This document shows positions 1 to 13,212 of a stretch of 64,000 bases of DNA, in pieces. The stretch's first letter is position 1, and each line of letters opens with the position of its first letter. The notes under the pieces were generated by a model. The model was not told the DNA's origin and searched no databases. It worked only from the letters and a program-made list of their open reading frames with translations. A program made the position numbers and the translations under genes. Source of the DNA: Geosiphon pyriformis uo1 (taxonomy: Eukaryota; Fungi; Glomeromycota); contig JAAOMT010000226.1 in NCBI GenBank assembly GCA_016748015.1, forward strand, positions 62,001-126,000, given 5' to 3'.

Positions 1-666
1 TCTGAAAGCAACTTTGAAAAAATTTTACAAGTAGTTTCAATTAAGACTATAAAACAAGTATTTGTTAAAATATTTTTTTAATTATATAGTTTAGATATTA
101 TCAAAATTCAAGCAAATTTTTATTGAGCAAACACAAATTTTAAAACTAAATATGAGTTTAATAATATTAAAAGTAAATCTAAAACACTAATGTTATAATA
201 CTATCATAAATTATTTAAAATATTAGAAAGTTTAATTACTTTGTCTTTAAAAAGTAAATAAATTATTACAAAAAATTTATCTATAAAAATTTGACTTATT
301 ATTTTTAAGAAAATATTATTGATTACAAAATTCAAAAGAGTATATTAATGCTATTATAATATAAGAACTATATTAAAATAATATATTTCTTAGTTTATTT
401 TACATAATAAAATTTAAAAATAATTTGATTTTATTAGAAATTAAAACAAGCTTATTATTAACTACTAAATAATTTAATACTATTTTATAAAACAAATATT
501 CTTAAATATTACATATTATATAACTCTTATTATTAACAAAAAATTTTATACATTTATTAATTGCTGTTATTTAAGTGGAAAAATTAATTTAAAGTTATTA
601 AAAAAACGTAATTAATATATAATAATATAATAATACAAAATAACATATAATAACTTAAGATAATAT

Positions 667-1319
667 TGTTATAGTTAAAATTCATACTTTTTATTAGTTA
701 TCATATATATTAGCCACTGATATTATATAATTAGCCACATTATTTTTAGATAGTAATCATTGACTTGATTATTGACTACTTTCAATAGCTATATAAGTAA
801 TAAGTTTTTTAGCTGTAAAAAAACATGATCAAAGTAACAAAATAAAACCCATTATTAATTACTTTTTTTTATATTACTTATTTTTTTTTTTCTATCTTTT
901 AGTATCTGAATATTTTGGGATAAAAAATTATTTGTTGGCATTTACATATCTTATCTTTTCCTTTTCTTGATTTGTATTATTAAAATTAATCTGAAAAGTG
1001 ATTGCTTGCTTTTATAATTTATTGAATAAAAAAACAATTGAAAAACACAATAATACTTGTTATTAATTCTAAGAATCACCAAGCTGAGACATAAAATAAT
1101 AGCAGTAGTATTATCTTGTTGACAATTATGGACTATTCTTCTATCTTCAAATTTTCAGAAAAAATTTGCAATTGTAATTTTTATAAGACTAATTACACAC
1201 ATTGAATTCTTACTTATTTAATTTACTTCTTTATTGTAATTTTCTCTTTAATTATTTCTATTACCTTACAATTCTGTTTTTCTTTGCTATCTATTAGTTT
1301 GTTATTCCAACTTATAACA
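667..1319 (+). repeat. 5' LTR of A1
   Basis: TG..CA termini; aligns with 6829-7576 and with the reverse complements of 21434-22174 and 38380-39073; followed by a PBS-like sequence. Confidence 0.92.
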
Positions 1320-1371
1320 TAAAAATAGTGCTTTTTATAAGATTGTCAAAATTTATTTTGTTTCCTATTAT

Positions 1372-2922
1372 ATGGGTGATTATTTATATCTGTCACAACA
1401 ATCAGAAAAACACTTTGAAGCACACAACAAAAATAATCTAGACTTTATTGAACTTAATCTTTTGTCCTCTTGCTTGATTTGCTTTCCCATTAAAAAACGA
1501 TTTAGTAGACAATTTCAAGACTTTTGGAACTGGTTTTTGAATGAGTATTTAGCTGAAACCTATATAGTTTATACAATTTATTACTTTGATCAAGCTTATT
1601 TTGAAGACAATTTTGAAGAAAAAAATAACAGCATCAATCAGCTTTTATACTTTACAACTTTTAAACAACAGCTTTTTAATTCTAAATATCTGAATTACAA
1701 AGTTTACATTTGAATTGCTGTCTATTAGTTAGCTGAAACTCCCTTTAAAACAGAAAAAAAAAGCTATTAAGCCATTTTTGTTTTTGATTTCTTCTCAAGT
1801 AAATCAAAACATTTCATATAAACAACTACTTCTAAACCAATAGCTAATAATTCTATACAACAAAATATTCTGGCTGCCCTTCAAGACATACAAACTGCTT
1901 TAAGATAAAAAAACAATATCCCATTACCTTTATTTAGAGATAATACACAAGACCTAATTGAATGGTTAAATAATTTTAAAAGAGCAGCCATTATTAATTA
2001 ATATAATGCTGAGTATAAATTTCAAATCATTAGTAGCTACCTTTAAGGCTCTTTTGCTATTTGGTTCTCACAAAAAACCAATGTTGGTACTTACCAAAAA
2101 ATTATTAAATAGATATTAACAAATGCTAAAGAAAAAAACACTTTTTTTACAATCTGGTTTGAAACTAAATTTAGAATTTTTATTTTAATCTCAAAATAAC
2201 ATATGGAATTAGAAAAAAGAACCCAAGATTCTGGTGAAATCATGACTAAATATGCCAAAGCAATCAAAAAACTAATCAAATAAGTAGACTTCAAAAAAAA
2301 TTGGACAGAAAAGCAAAAGATTTATTCCTTTACAAAAGAATTGAAAACTGATTTTTTCTATGCTTTTTGGCTTTTTTTGGCTCTAAAAAATAATTTCACA
2401 ATAGATATAACTATTAAACTTGCCCAGAAAATAAAAGACAATTAAAAAATGCACTTAAAATCTACACTTCCAGTTTTTGCTTTTGTTATTGTTATGGTTC
2501 TTGCTTCTCAAATAACTGTTATCTTTTTTGCAGTCCAAATTCAAAACCCAAATAAATAGTTAATAAATAGACTTATAGCCAATATTGTCTGATTACTGAA
2601 ATCTTTAACCTAAGCAGTTAGAGATAACTAGCAATTACAAAGATCCAGATTTGAATTCTGTTTTAATTAGCCTTAGCAACTACCATATCAAAAACAGCAA
2701 AATTGTGATCCATTTGTATATTACTGCTATGGATTAACTGAACATTTTTCAAAAGATTGCAACAATTTTTTCTTGCTTTTTTCAGTTTCTAGAAACAATA
2801 ATGCTCAGAACAACAAATCTAACAATAATAATACCCCTAATCAAAGACCCAATTATGCCAATATCAATTTTTTTAAAGAGAATTTTTTAGTTAAAGCCAC
2901 TGTTTATTAGCTTTTAAACTAG
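1372..2922 (+). pseudogene. gag of A1 (many nonsense mutations), ending ..TTA AAC TAG
   Basis: Starts with ORF 1372-1713; remnants read FRGDAQDPIEWLDDFERAA-like, followed by a CxxCxxxGHxxxxC knuckle. Confidence 0.8.
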
Positions 2923-2960
2923 TAGATGTACTTTCAAAAAGTAAAAGTACAAACCAACCA
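2913..2960 (+). other. Candidate -1 ribosomal frameshift site (T TTA AAC TAG plus downstream stem) between gag and pol
   Basis: TTTAAAC at 2913-2919 has XXXYYYZ phase in the gag frame and is directly followed by TAG. It is conserved in A2 at 26805-26814 (minus), where TGCA..TGCA arms follow. Confidence 0.7.
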
Positions 2961-3845
2961 GAAAAAAACTTTTTTTTTGCTTTTAATTTAACTGATAATA
3001 ATTATAACATAGATGAACTAGCAATCAACACCTCTGAATTAACAAAAAAAAATAAAAAAGCCAAGATTGATTTTGTTTTAGACAAAGCATTTACATTAAT
3101 TGCTAATAACAATAAACCACTAAAGATTAAAGTTTTTAAGAATTCTTCAAAGTTAAAACTTTCAGAAATAATACAAAAATCTGGTTTCTATTCTATTGTA
3201 AAAAATTTCATAAAAATTCTAGCACATATTATATTTGGCCAACTAATAATTCATTCACAGTTTAGAAAAAATTTCCACAAATTATTAATTCCAAAGAAAA
3301 AAACACTAAAGACCAACAAATGTTTCTATCAAGTTAAACTTACTAACAATAGCAATATTACTCTTTAATTTGCAAAGCCCAAGTGGCTGGTTACTTTATT
3401 AATCTGATCTTAGACAGTAGATTATCTGTCAGTATTATTGCCAAACACTTCTTGAAAGCTATTGAAAAAAAAATTGTTAAATCTTCTAGCTAGTCTATAA
3501 TCAATGTACATGATAATAAAAAAAAAACCTGAGCATAGCCAAAGCTGTTTTTGTTTGCATCAATGGCATTAGCATTGAAACTGACATAGAAATATTTGAA
3601 GTCAAAGAATACACTATAATTGTTGACAATAAGTGATTAAAAAAAGCCAAAGCTCTACTTAACTATGAACTTTGTAAGTTAATTATCAGATGTAATAAAA
3701 AACCTATTGTGGTTAAATGTCATTATTAAACAACTTCCTCAGCATCTAAACAGAGTCAAAAAGATAAGCAATTAGATAAATCAGATGATAAAGAAAATAA
3801 TAATAAAAAAAAATAAAAAAAACCTGTTAAACTTGTTTATACTAC

Positions 3846-4705
3846 TGTTACAGATAATTATTTAGGGTCTCAAATCAAATAACAAAACCCATAACTTGGT
3901 GCTCAGATGCTATTTGTGATGATAATAGTTTGAAGATATGGTTATCTGAAGGTTTTGGGTTAAATTCTTTGTATAATAGACAGAGATGCAATAATTGTTT
4001 ATCCGTAACTTTCCAGAATCGCAATTCTGTCAATTTTTTTTTTCAGCTTGATGGCCAATACTTCTGTGGTAAGTAATCCATAATTTCTTTACATGTTCTA
4101 TTCACTTGCAGGGGTCTTTTACCAGGCAATCTTTGACATCAATAATTCAGTGCTTAATCTTTTAATCAATTAGTAAACAAAGAAATAACAACAAAAATAA
4201 AAGAAAATAAAGAAAATAAGCCAAGACAATTTGTGTATTAGTATTCCATCAATAACCATGATCAAGAGCTATTGTTCCAGTGGTGTTAAGTATCAATTAC
4301 TTTCAACATAAAGTGTTAATAGTGAGAGTAGATTAAGATAGTGAATAATTATTTATTTGATATTTGTAATATGGAGGTTTGTTTTTAGATCAAATCTAAA
4401 CTGAGAGGTCTCTAATTAAAGGATTCTGTTTTTTCTACTTCTAGCACTATGGCTATATATACATAATTGAGATTTCTCAATTCCTCAATTCTTTACACCA
4501 GGAATTCTGGAATTTCTGGAATCTTGCAATTTCTTTAAAAAAAATCCTGGAATTCTGGAATCCTGCAATTTCTTGTACAAGAATCCTGAAATTCCTGGAA
4601 TCCTGCAATTTTTCTGAGAGGAATCCTGGAATTCCACATTTACTATGGCTATTTTTGATTGGCTAATTTATATGCTAATATACTTTCTATATTCTATGAG
4701 TAACA
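3846..4705 (-). mobile_element. Solo LTR of Gypsy family B inserted antisense in A1 pol
   Basis: TGTTACA..TAACA termini; reverse complement aligns with LTRs 28168-29053 and 37264-38154. Flanks CTAC/CCAT are a decayed 4-bp TSD, and A2 is uninterrupted at the same point (~25865). Confidence 0.9.
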
Positions 4706-5129
4706 CCATCTTTACCAGCAATAATAAGCCATTAAACAATATTAAAAATAACAAAAAAAGAATTATTGTAAATGCTAAGCTAATCTGCTGGCCCTATTAT
4801 AATATTCTTAAAAAAACTTTCAATAGAAAACCTGGCAAGAAAACAAAATACAGTTATTGATAATATGACTCTTGTGTCCAATACTGGTGTAATAAACTCT
4901 TGTAATCTCCTAGTAATGAATATAAATCCTGCCTAATTTATTACAAAGATTGTGAACTTATTAATTTAATACTCAGAGAAGAATTAAAAAAAAATACAGA
5001 AGTTCTTTAAGAATAAACCATCTGAAATCCAATCCCTTGCTGTAAAACAAAAAAAACCCTCTTCTAAAAAAAGAAAAATAGATATTAAAAATCTGTTGAC
5101 TAGAAATAGCCCAGTTATCTCAAAAAAAA

Positions 5130-6158
5130 GTGATATCTTTGAACAAACTCATGTGATACAACACATTATTACCATTAGAAAAACTCATCCCATCTATTTG
5201 AAGTCTTATTAATCCAATCAATACAATAATGAATTTATCAAAAAAGAGATAAACTAAATGAAAAATCATGAATTTATACAAAAAACCAAGAGTAAATAGG
5301 CTTTTCCAGTTGTAGTAGTATTCAAAAAAAGTGAAACTCTATGCTTTTATATTAACTATCACTAATTAAATACTGTTATTGAAAGAGACATGTATTTACT
5401 TTCTAAAATTAATACAATGCTAAACAAATTCAATGATGCTGCTTTTTTCTCAACTATTGACTTAACTACTAAATTTTGACAAGTAGAAATAGATCCAGAA
5501 AGCAGAAAAAAAACTGCATTCATTATCAAGTATGACACTTATGAATTTACAGTCATGTTTTTTGATCTTACTAATGTTTTTTTTATCTTTCAATGCCTAA
5601 TGAACAAAGTATTTAAATTAGTAAAAGAAAAATTTGTTCTGGTCTACTTGGATAATATAATAATATATTTAAAAACCTGGAATAAATACTTTAAACATTT
5701 GCAAAAGATTTTTGATCTTTTTAAAAATACTGGCCTCAAGATAAACCTAATCAAATCATTTTTTGGACAACAATCCATCCAGTTCCTTGGTCATCTTATT
5801 ACAAAAGATAGAATTTTCCCTAATTCAACTAAAATTAAAAAAGTCCAAAACATTAAACAACTAATAAATGTTCTTGAACTAAACTTTTTTCTTGGTTTGG
5901 CTTTTTACTATTGCAAATTTATCAAGAATTTCTCCAAAATTGTCTTTTTTTTTCAATCAACTATTCAGAAAAAATGTCAATTATTATTGAAGTACTCATT
6001 AACAAAAAGCTTTTGAAACTCTAAAGGAAAAACTTATTACTAAACCAATCCTTAAACAACCTGATTTGGACCAACTTTTTATTCTGTACACTAATACATC
6101 TGGTTATAAACTTGGTACTGTCCTCTCATAAAAAAATAAAGATAACAGAAAACATGTA
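5130..6158 (+). pseudogene. RT and partial RNase H of A1
   Basis: ORF 5555-6016 contains VLVYLDNIIIY and QFLGHLIT, both Gypsy RT motifs; upstream KTAFI..YEFTVMxF. Confidence 0.9.
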
Positions 6159-6828
6159 TAAATAAATACATCATTTTTAAAACAGAGATATTTTTAATTA
6201 ATATAAACAATTATTTTCTAAATCAAAATATTTAAAACACTTTTTATACTCTCTATGAATATTAGATCAAAAACTATCTAAATGCTACTTTGATTATTAA
6301 AAAACAGACTATTATAACTAATAACAATAGAATACATATTGTTATTAAACCAAAAAAAACCATTACCAGAAGAGAAAAAATTGGTAGCAAAATAGATAAA
6401 TATCTATTAAAAAATATAACAGCAGCAATACTTTTACTCTTTATTACAATTACAAAAACAATTAAAAAAATCTTATTTATAGACAAAAACTTGCCATATG
6501 GAAGACAACTAGAACTCTATAGTTGTCTTAATGAAATCATAGAAGATATGAAATTTATGAAGAAAACAACTTCAAAAATACAGATAGAAATTTTGAGCAT
6601 TATATGATTAGATGTCTCAAGAGTTTTGACTATTGCTAAAAAAACCAAAACTTTTATACAAAAATTTAGTTTTTTAAATACAAAACTTATTTTATTTCAG
6701 ATATTATATACTTTATTCACAAAAAACTTTAATAAACTAGTTAGTTTTAAGCTAGATAAAACTCTTCAAATAGATTATCTTATGAATAGCATGATTTTAC
6801 TGGAGTTTAAGCTCTTTAAAAAAAATAA

Positions 6829-7576
6829 TGTTATAGTTGAAACCCATACTTTTTATTAGCTATTATATGTATTAATCACTAATGTCATATAATTAGCCAC
6901 ACTATTTTTAAATAGTAATTATTGACCTGATTAATAACCTGACTATTAACTTGATTATTGATCTGATTATTGATCTAATTATTAATCTGATCATTGACCT
7001 AATTATTGATCTAATTATTAATTTAATTGTTGACTACTTTTAATAACTATATAAGCAATAAGTTTCTTAGCTATAGAAAGACATAATCAAAATAACAAAA
7101 TAAAACCCATTATTAATTACTTTCTTTTATATTACTTATTTTTTTTTTTTATCTTCAAGTATCTGAATATTTTGGGATAAAAAATTACTTGTTGACATTT
7201 ATATATCTTATCTTTTTTTCTTTTTAATTTGTATTATTAGAATTAGTCTGAGAAGCAATTACTTGTTTTTGTAATTCATTGAATAAAAAAATAATTGAAA
7301 AGCACAATAATATTTGTTATTAATTCTAAGAATTGCCAAGTTAAAGCATAAAATAATAGCAGTAGTATTATCTTGTTAACAATTATAAACTATTCTTTTA
7401 CTTTCAAATTTCCAAAAAAGATTTACAACTGTAATTTTTATAAGACTGATTATGCATATTGAATTCTTACTCATTTAATTCACTTTTTTATTGTAATTTT
7501 CTCTTTAATTATTTTTATTACTCTACAATTCTGTTCTTTTTTGCTATTTGTTAGCTTGTTACTCTAATCTGTAATA
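6829..7576 (+). repeat. 3' LTR of A1, containing nine 12-bp tandem units (ATTGACCTGATT-like, ~6920-7030)
   Basis: Matches the 5' LTR; preceded by an A-rich decayed polypurine tract. Confidence 0.92.
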
Positions 7577-7704
7577 ATATAAGATAATACATAATAATAC
7601 AAAATAACTAGTTATAATATAAAATAATTACTTATAGTGTAAAAAAACAAAGCAATAACAAAAATATTAAGCAATAATTAACAATAACAAACAATTAAAA
7701 ACAA

Positions 7705-9411
7705 TTTTGTGGTTTCTAATAAAATTTTAAATAAAATCTCTGTTATATTGTCCAGCACATTATCTAAAATAGGCCAATATCAATTACTGGCTGTATTGCT
7801 AAATATAATATCTTTCAGCAAATTTTTACCAGTTTTAAAAGTAAAACAATCATCTTTTATAGAATTACTTGTTCTTGAAAATTGGGTTAATCAAATGGAA
7901 ACTGAATTATTTTTTTACTGGTTTTTAATATTACTATTGGTAATATTTAAGAAACTATTACTAGTTATTAGAGATTTGCTAAATAAAAAACCTTTATTTT
8001 AATGTTTAATGCTACTTTTAAGATTAAATTGGCTTATATCAAGACTGTTTTCCAGTTTGTACATGATTTCTTGAATGCAAAATTAGTGTTAAAGAACAAT
8101 ATAAAGCTTTTTTATATGGAGTTTGCTTCTTAAAAGTTTTTAGAAGCTGCTTTTTTAGTTAAGCTTATGAAATCTGTTATTTAACTACTTTTAAAATTGC
8201 CAAGTTTTTGGTAATTTCTGAGTTTGGTTTCTTTTTTGCTATTGTTGTATTATATAATGTGCTTTTGAATATGTCTGTTGCTAATATTAAGACAATTCTT
8301 AGTATATTTGGTAAAATTGTCTATATTGTACTAAAATTTATTGGTTTTTAGTAATATGTAGTTGTTTAATTTAATAAACTAGACTCTGCTGTATATGTTT
8401 TAAATTATTAATTGGTTTTAGTAAACAAAAATAGTGTTAAAATTTTTCTTTTAGTAAATTAAAATAAGACTATTTTGTTTTGTGATAAGTTTAAAACCAA
8501 GTTAATTAATCTTTTTTTTGACTGTATTGTTTTTAAAATTAATAATATAATTTTTTAGGTTAATATTCAAACATGTTTTATTTCTTGTTTTCTTAATTTT
8601 GATCATTATTTCTAGTTTGTTCTGATTATGTTTAAATCTTAAATTGATTTAAATACTGTAATTATTAAGACTAATGCATTGAAAAAATATTATATTTAAT
8701 AAAAACTTTTGGAAATTAGTGCTGCTTTTAGTATTAGAGTTTGAATTATCTTATTTTAGATCATAAAATGTCTTTATTTTTTCTTTTAAGGTTTTTAAGA
8801 CTTTTATTTTTTGTATTATTGATAACAAATTTTATGTTAAAACTGTTGCTTTTGTACTTTTTTTGGCTTTTTGTTCTTTGGTTGGTTTAATTTCTTTTGC
8901 TAATATAATGACTAATAATTTTGTAGTTTTTTTTCAATTAATTTTTCTGGAATTTAAGTTGGCCAAGCTTTTTGCTTTGGTTAATTCTATTATTAAGCCA
9001 GTAGATTTTATGATTACTGTGTTTAAACAATTTATTAATGTAAATTTGGTTTTAAGTAATGCTTTTAGCCTTAGAATTAATAAATTTTTGGTACATATAA
9101 GTACTTTTAACAAGACTGTTAATAAGTTGGAATAAGAAATAGTTGTTTTGAAAATAAATGTGACTATGAAAACATTAATATATTTGGCTTTTATGTGAAT
9201 TTGTCTTTTGTTGATAATAATATGTTTTCTAATTTGATGTTATTTTGAAAATATAAATCTGTTGTTATGAAGATTAATGTTTTGAAAATAGTTAAATAGC
9301 TACTTAGATTAGTTAATAATAGTATTATATTGTTTGAAATTGTTTAAAAAATGTTTTTTTGGATAAGTTTTTTTTTAAGATATTAATATAGTATAGTTTA
9401 AACTGGTTTAA
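7705..9411 (+). mobile_element. Decayed LINE ORF1-like element without ORF2 (non-autonomous non-LTR derivative)
   Basis: Remnants resembling IGxWQYVVVxF and WSVLVxKDSVRI (~8340-8445) match ORF1 of the two LINEs here (IGLWQKAWVEF, WSVLMRKNSVRV). A decayed zinc knuckle lies near 8720-8770. No APE or RT follows before the shared 3' motif. Confidence 0.6.
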
Positions 9412-11200
9412 GTAGCTGGTTATATGTAAAAAACATATAAATTATATTTACTACTAAAATACTTAATTTGTTCTTAATTTTTAAATAGTAATTAAACCAT
9501 ATTCATTAAATCTTAATAAAAAAAATATTTTATTAGTATTATTAATATATAAAATATTAAAACAAAATACAATAATACTTATATTATTAAATTTAACTTA
9601 TAAAAAAACAACAATATTACTAATTAGTTTTTAAATAAAAACTTATTTAATTTAATTAATTATAAATAAAAACTTTTAAAAAATTTTTTACTAAAAAATT
9701 TACACTTTTTTTAATATTTTGAAAAAAAATAACAAATTATAATTATTTATAATAAATAGTTTTAAGATTAATAAAAAAATCTTATAATAATAAACTTGAA
9801 ATTAAAAATAAATTTTTTTTTATATAAAACTATAATTAAAAAACAATAAAATAGAAAATTTAATTACAAATAAAATAAACTAGTATATATATACTAAGTT
9901 TTAAACAATAAATTATATAAGTTAAAATTTAATAATATAATTTTAAAGAAAATTTTAAATAATAACAAATTAAAGCATTATTATTTAAAAACCAATTCAA
10001 AATTTTTAATTTTACAAATTTGTATAAAAATTTTTTTAGTTAATTTAAAAATAAAACTCCAAAAAAATCAAGTTAACTTTTTTTAATTTAAAATTTTATA
10101 ATTTAACTTGATTTTTCAAATTTTAATTTAGTTTTTTTTAACTTAATAAATAACAAAATATATTTGTTTTTAAAAATAATATGATTAATTAATTAAAAAT
10201 AAAAATTTTACCAATAAAATTTTTACATAATAAATAATAAGTCAAATTAAATTTTAAACTTAATTTAATTTTTAAAAATAAATTTTTTAAGTTAGATCTA
10301 ATTAAAACAAAACTCAATTCAATTTAATTTATTAAAAATTTTACTTAAAAAATATTTTCTAAAATTTAAAATTAATAATTATTATTAAACAATACTTAAA
10401 TTTGAATACTTAATTTATTTTATATTAGTTATTTATTTTAAAAATATATAAAAATACACATACTAAAAATATATAAATATTTTAAAAATTAATATTAACT
10501 TTAAAAACTCTTTTTAATTTATTTATAATTATTATTAAAAAACAAATCAATTATGTTTAAAAAAAATTATAGTTTTTTTAATAGACAATATACAAAATTA
10601 TAACTTTTATCAAAGAAACACAAAAAGTTTTTTTGAAATTTATTTACAAAAACTTTTGAAACAAGCTTTAAAAAAACACAATTTTTTATTTTATTAATAT
10701 CTTACAAGATACTACTATTTAACAAAAACTTTAATAACATTTTAATAAACAAAACAATAGATATATTTCTATTTGTAAATATTTTTACATTAAAAAAATA
10801 CTTAATAAAAGAAAAACTGAATTTAAATTAACAAATCTCATTTCAAAAATTATACAAAAACAGATACATAATAAATAAGACAACAGCTGAACCAACAAAC
10901 ATTTATTACAAAATTAGAGCAACTTTTAAACTTTAAAATCTATTCAATACTTGCAACAAAATTTAATATTACAGTCATTAATGATTCAATATATTAAAAA
11001 GTTCACAGAACTGAAATTTCAACAATTTTTAGACAATAATCTTGGATTACTATCTGGAAATTACAGACAGTACTTGGAGCTTAGTCTTGAGAATGAGATT
11101 ATGTTACCAAGATAATGAAGTTTTGTGACATAGTTAGTGATGGAGTTAATGTGTAATAAAAAAATTTAAAATGAAATTTTTTACACGTGACTAGCCACTC
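9412..11200. mobile_element. Candidate DNA element bounded by inverted GTGGCTRGTCACGTGTAAAAA motifs with outer TTAA; decayed ORF at ~10540-11157 (+)
   Basis: TTAA-GTAGCTGGTTATATGTAAAAA at 9408-9432 and TTTTTACACGTGACTAGCCAC-TC-TTAA at 11178-11204; the coding-like remnant ends ..DGVNV*. Confidence 0.4.
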
Positions 11201-11299
11201 TTAATTTAATTAACAATCTTAATTCATTTTTGATTATATAATTAATATATATTATTTTATATAAAAAAATAATAATTATAATCTCCTAAAGATTTAGGA

Positions 11300-11936
11300 A
11301 AAATTGATGATGTTCGATGATTTTGGATGCTTAAACGTTTTACGGATTTCACAAATCAAAATTTTTTTGTATCTAATTAATCGATTGAAGATTTTCCGCA
11401 AAATAGATTAAGGCTCGAATAAATTAAACCACGTGTAACTTCTAAGTGTGAGATAGATAGAAAAGTTTTCAACATCCGCTTATTTATTTTCATCGGGAAC
11501 AGTCATCAGATTGATCTTTTCATTGGAGGCCCCTGCGAGCGGCATGGTATTAAACTCAGATATAAAAACAAGTTTCGACGCGATCTTTGACCATACAGAC
11601 TAATAAAGCCTTTTATTATTGGTTATATAATGCATTCGAGATCACATGGACGCGGATCTTTGAACTTTCGCTTGACTTATTATGTCAAGTCTGATACAAT
11701 ATAAATAGCAAAAATTATAAAAAGGTAATACAAAAACATTCTTAGCTACCTTATTGTTCAGTGGTGCAGGACCCTTCCTCAACATACTTTTTTTGTCAAG
11801 GGTATCCGTTTTGCATTCTCAACCTTCCTCCCCAATTTCATATTCCATCATCCCACTCACCTCTTGTTCTCGATACTTCCATCTACATTAGAAACATTTT
11901 CATCCATCTTAAACTCTTTACTAGTAATTTGCAGAA
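11300..11936 (+). promoter_or_regulatory. CpG-retaining upstream/5'UTR region of the E2 gene (possible 5'UTR intron ending GCAG at 11934)
   Basis: CpG dinucleotides reappear abruptly compared with the flanking TE DNA; CACGTG near 11430; pyrimidine-rich tract at 11810-11880. Confidence 0.5.

Positions 11937-13212
<1,276 letters not shown>

Larger units (their letters stand above)
667..7576 (+). mobile_element. Ty3/Gypsy LTR retrotransposon family A, copy A1 (decayed; integrase deleted)
   Basis: Direct LTRs 667-1319 (TGTTATAG..TATAACA) and 6829-7576, with 4-bp TSD ATAT at 663-666 and 7577-7580. Gag with a CCHC knuckle near 2715-2760, protease LILDSG-like near 3405-3425, RT (FCIDY, YLD(D>N)IIIY near 5645) and the start of RNase H. 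About 1.6 kb is missing at ~6158 relative to copy A2. Confidence 0.93.

Noticed and set aside
1-600. Coding-like decayed sequence (also ~47930-48930 and ~39325-40000)
   Set aside because: No recognisable motif or second copy in the window, so it cannot be assigned.
4495-4640. Palindromic GGAATTCC repeats resembling a CRISPR array
   Set aside because: There are no unique spacers, the units are irregular, and they lie inside LTR U3 and recur in every B LTR.
11183-11200. GTCACGTG next to AT-rich DNA as a point centromere (CDEI-CDEII)
   Set aside because: No CDEIII-like element, several dispersed copies, and the organism is not Saccharomyces-like.
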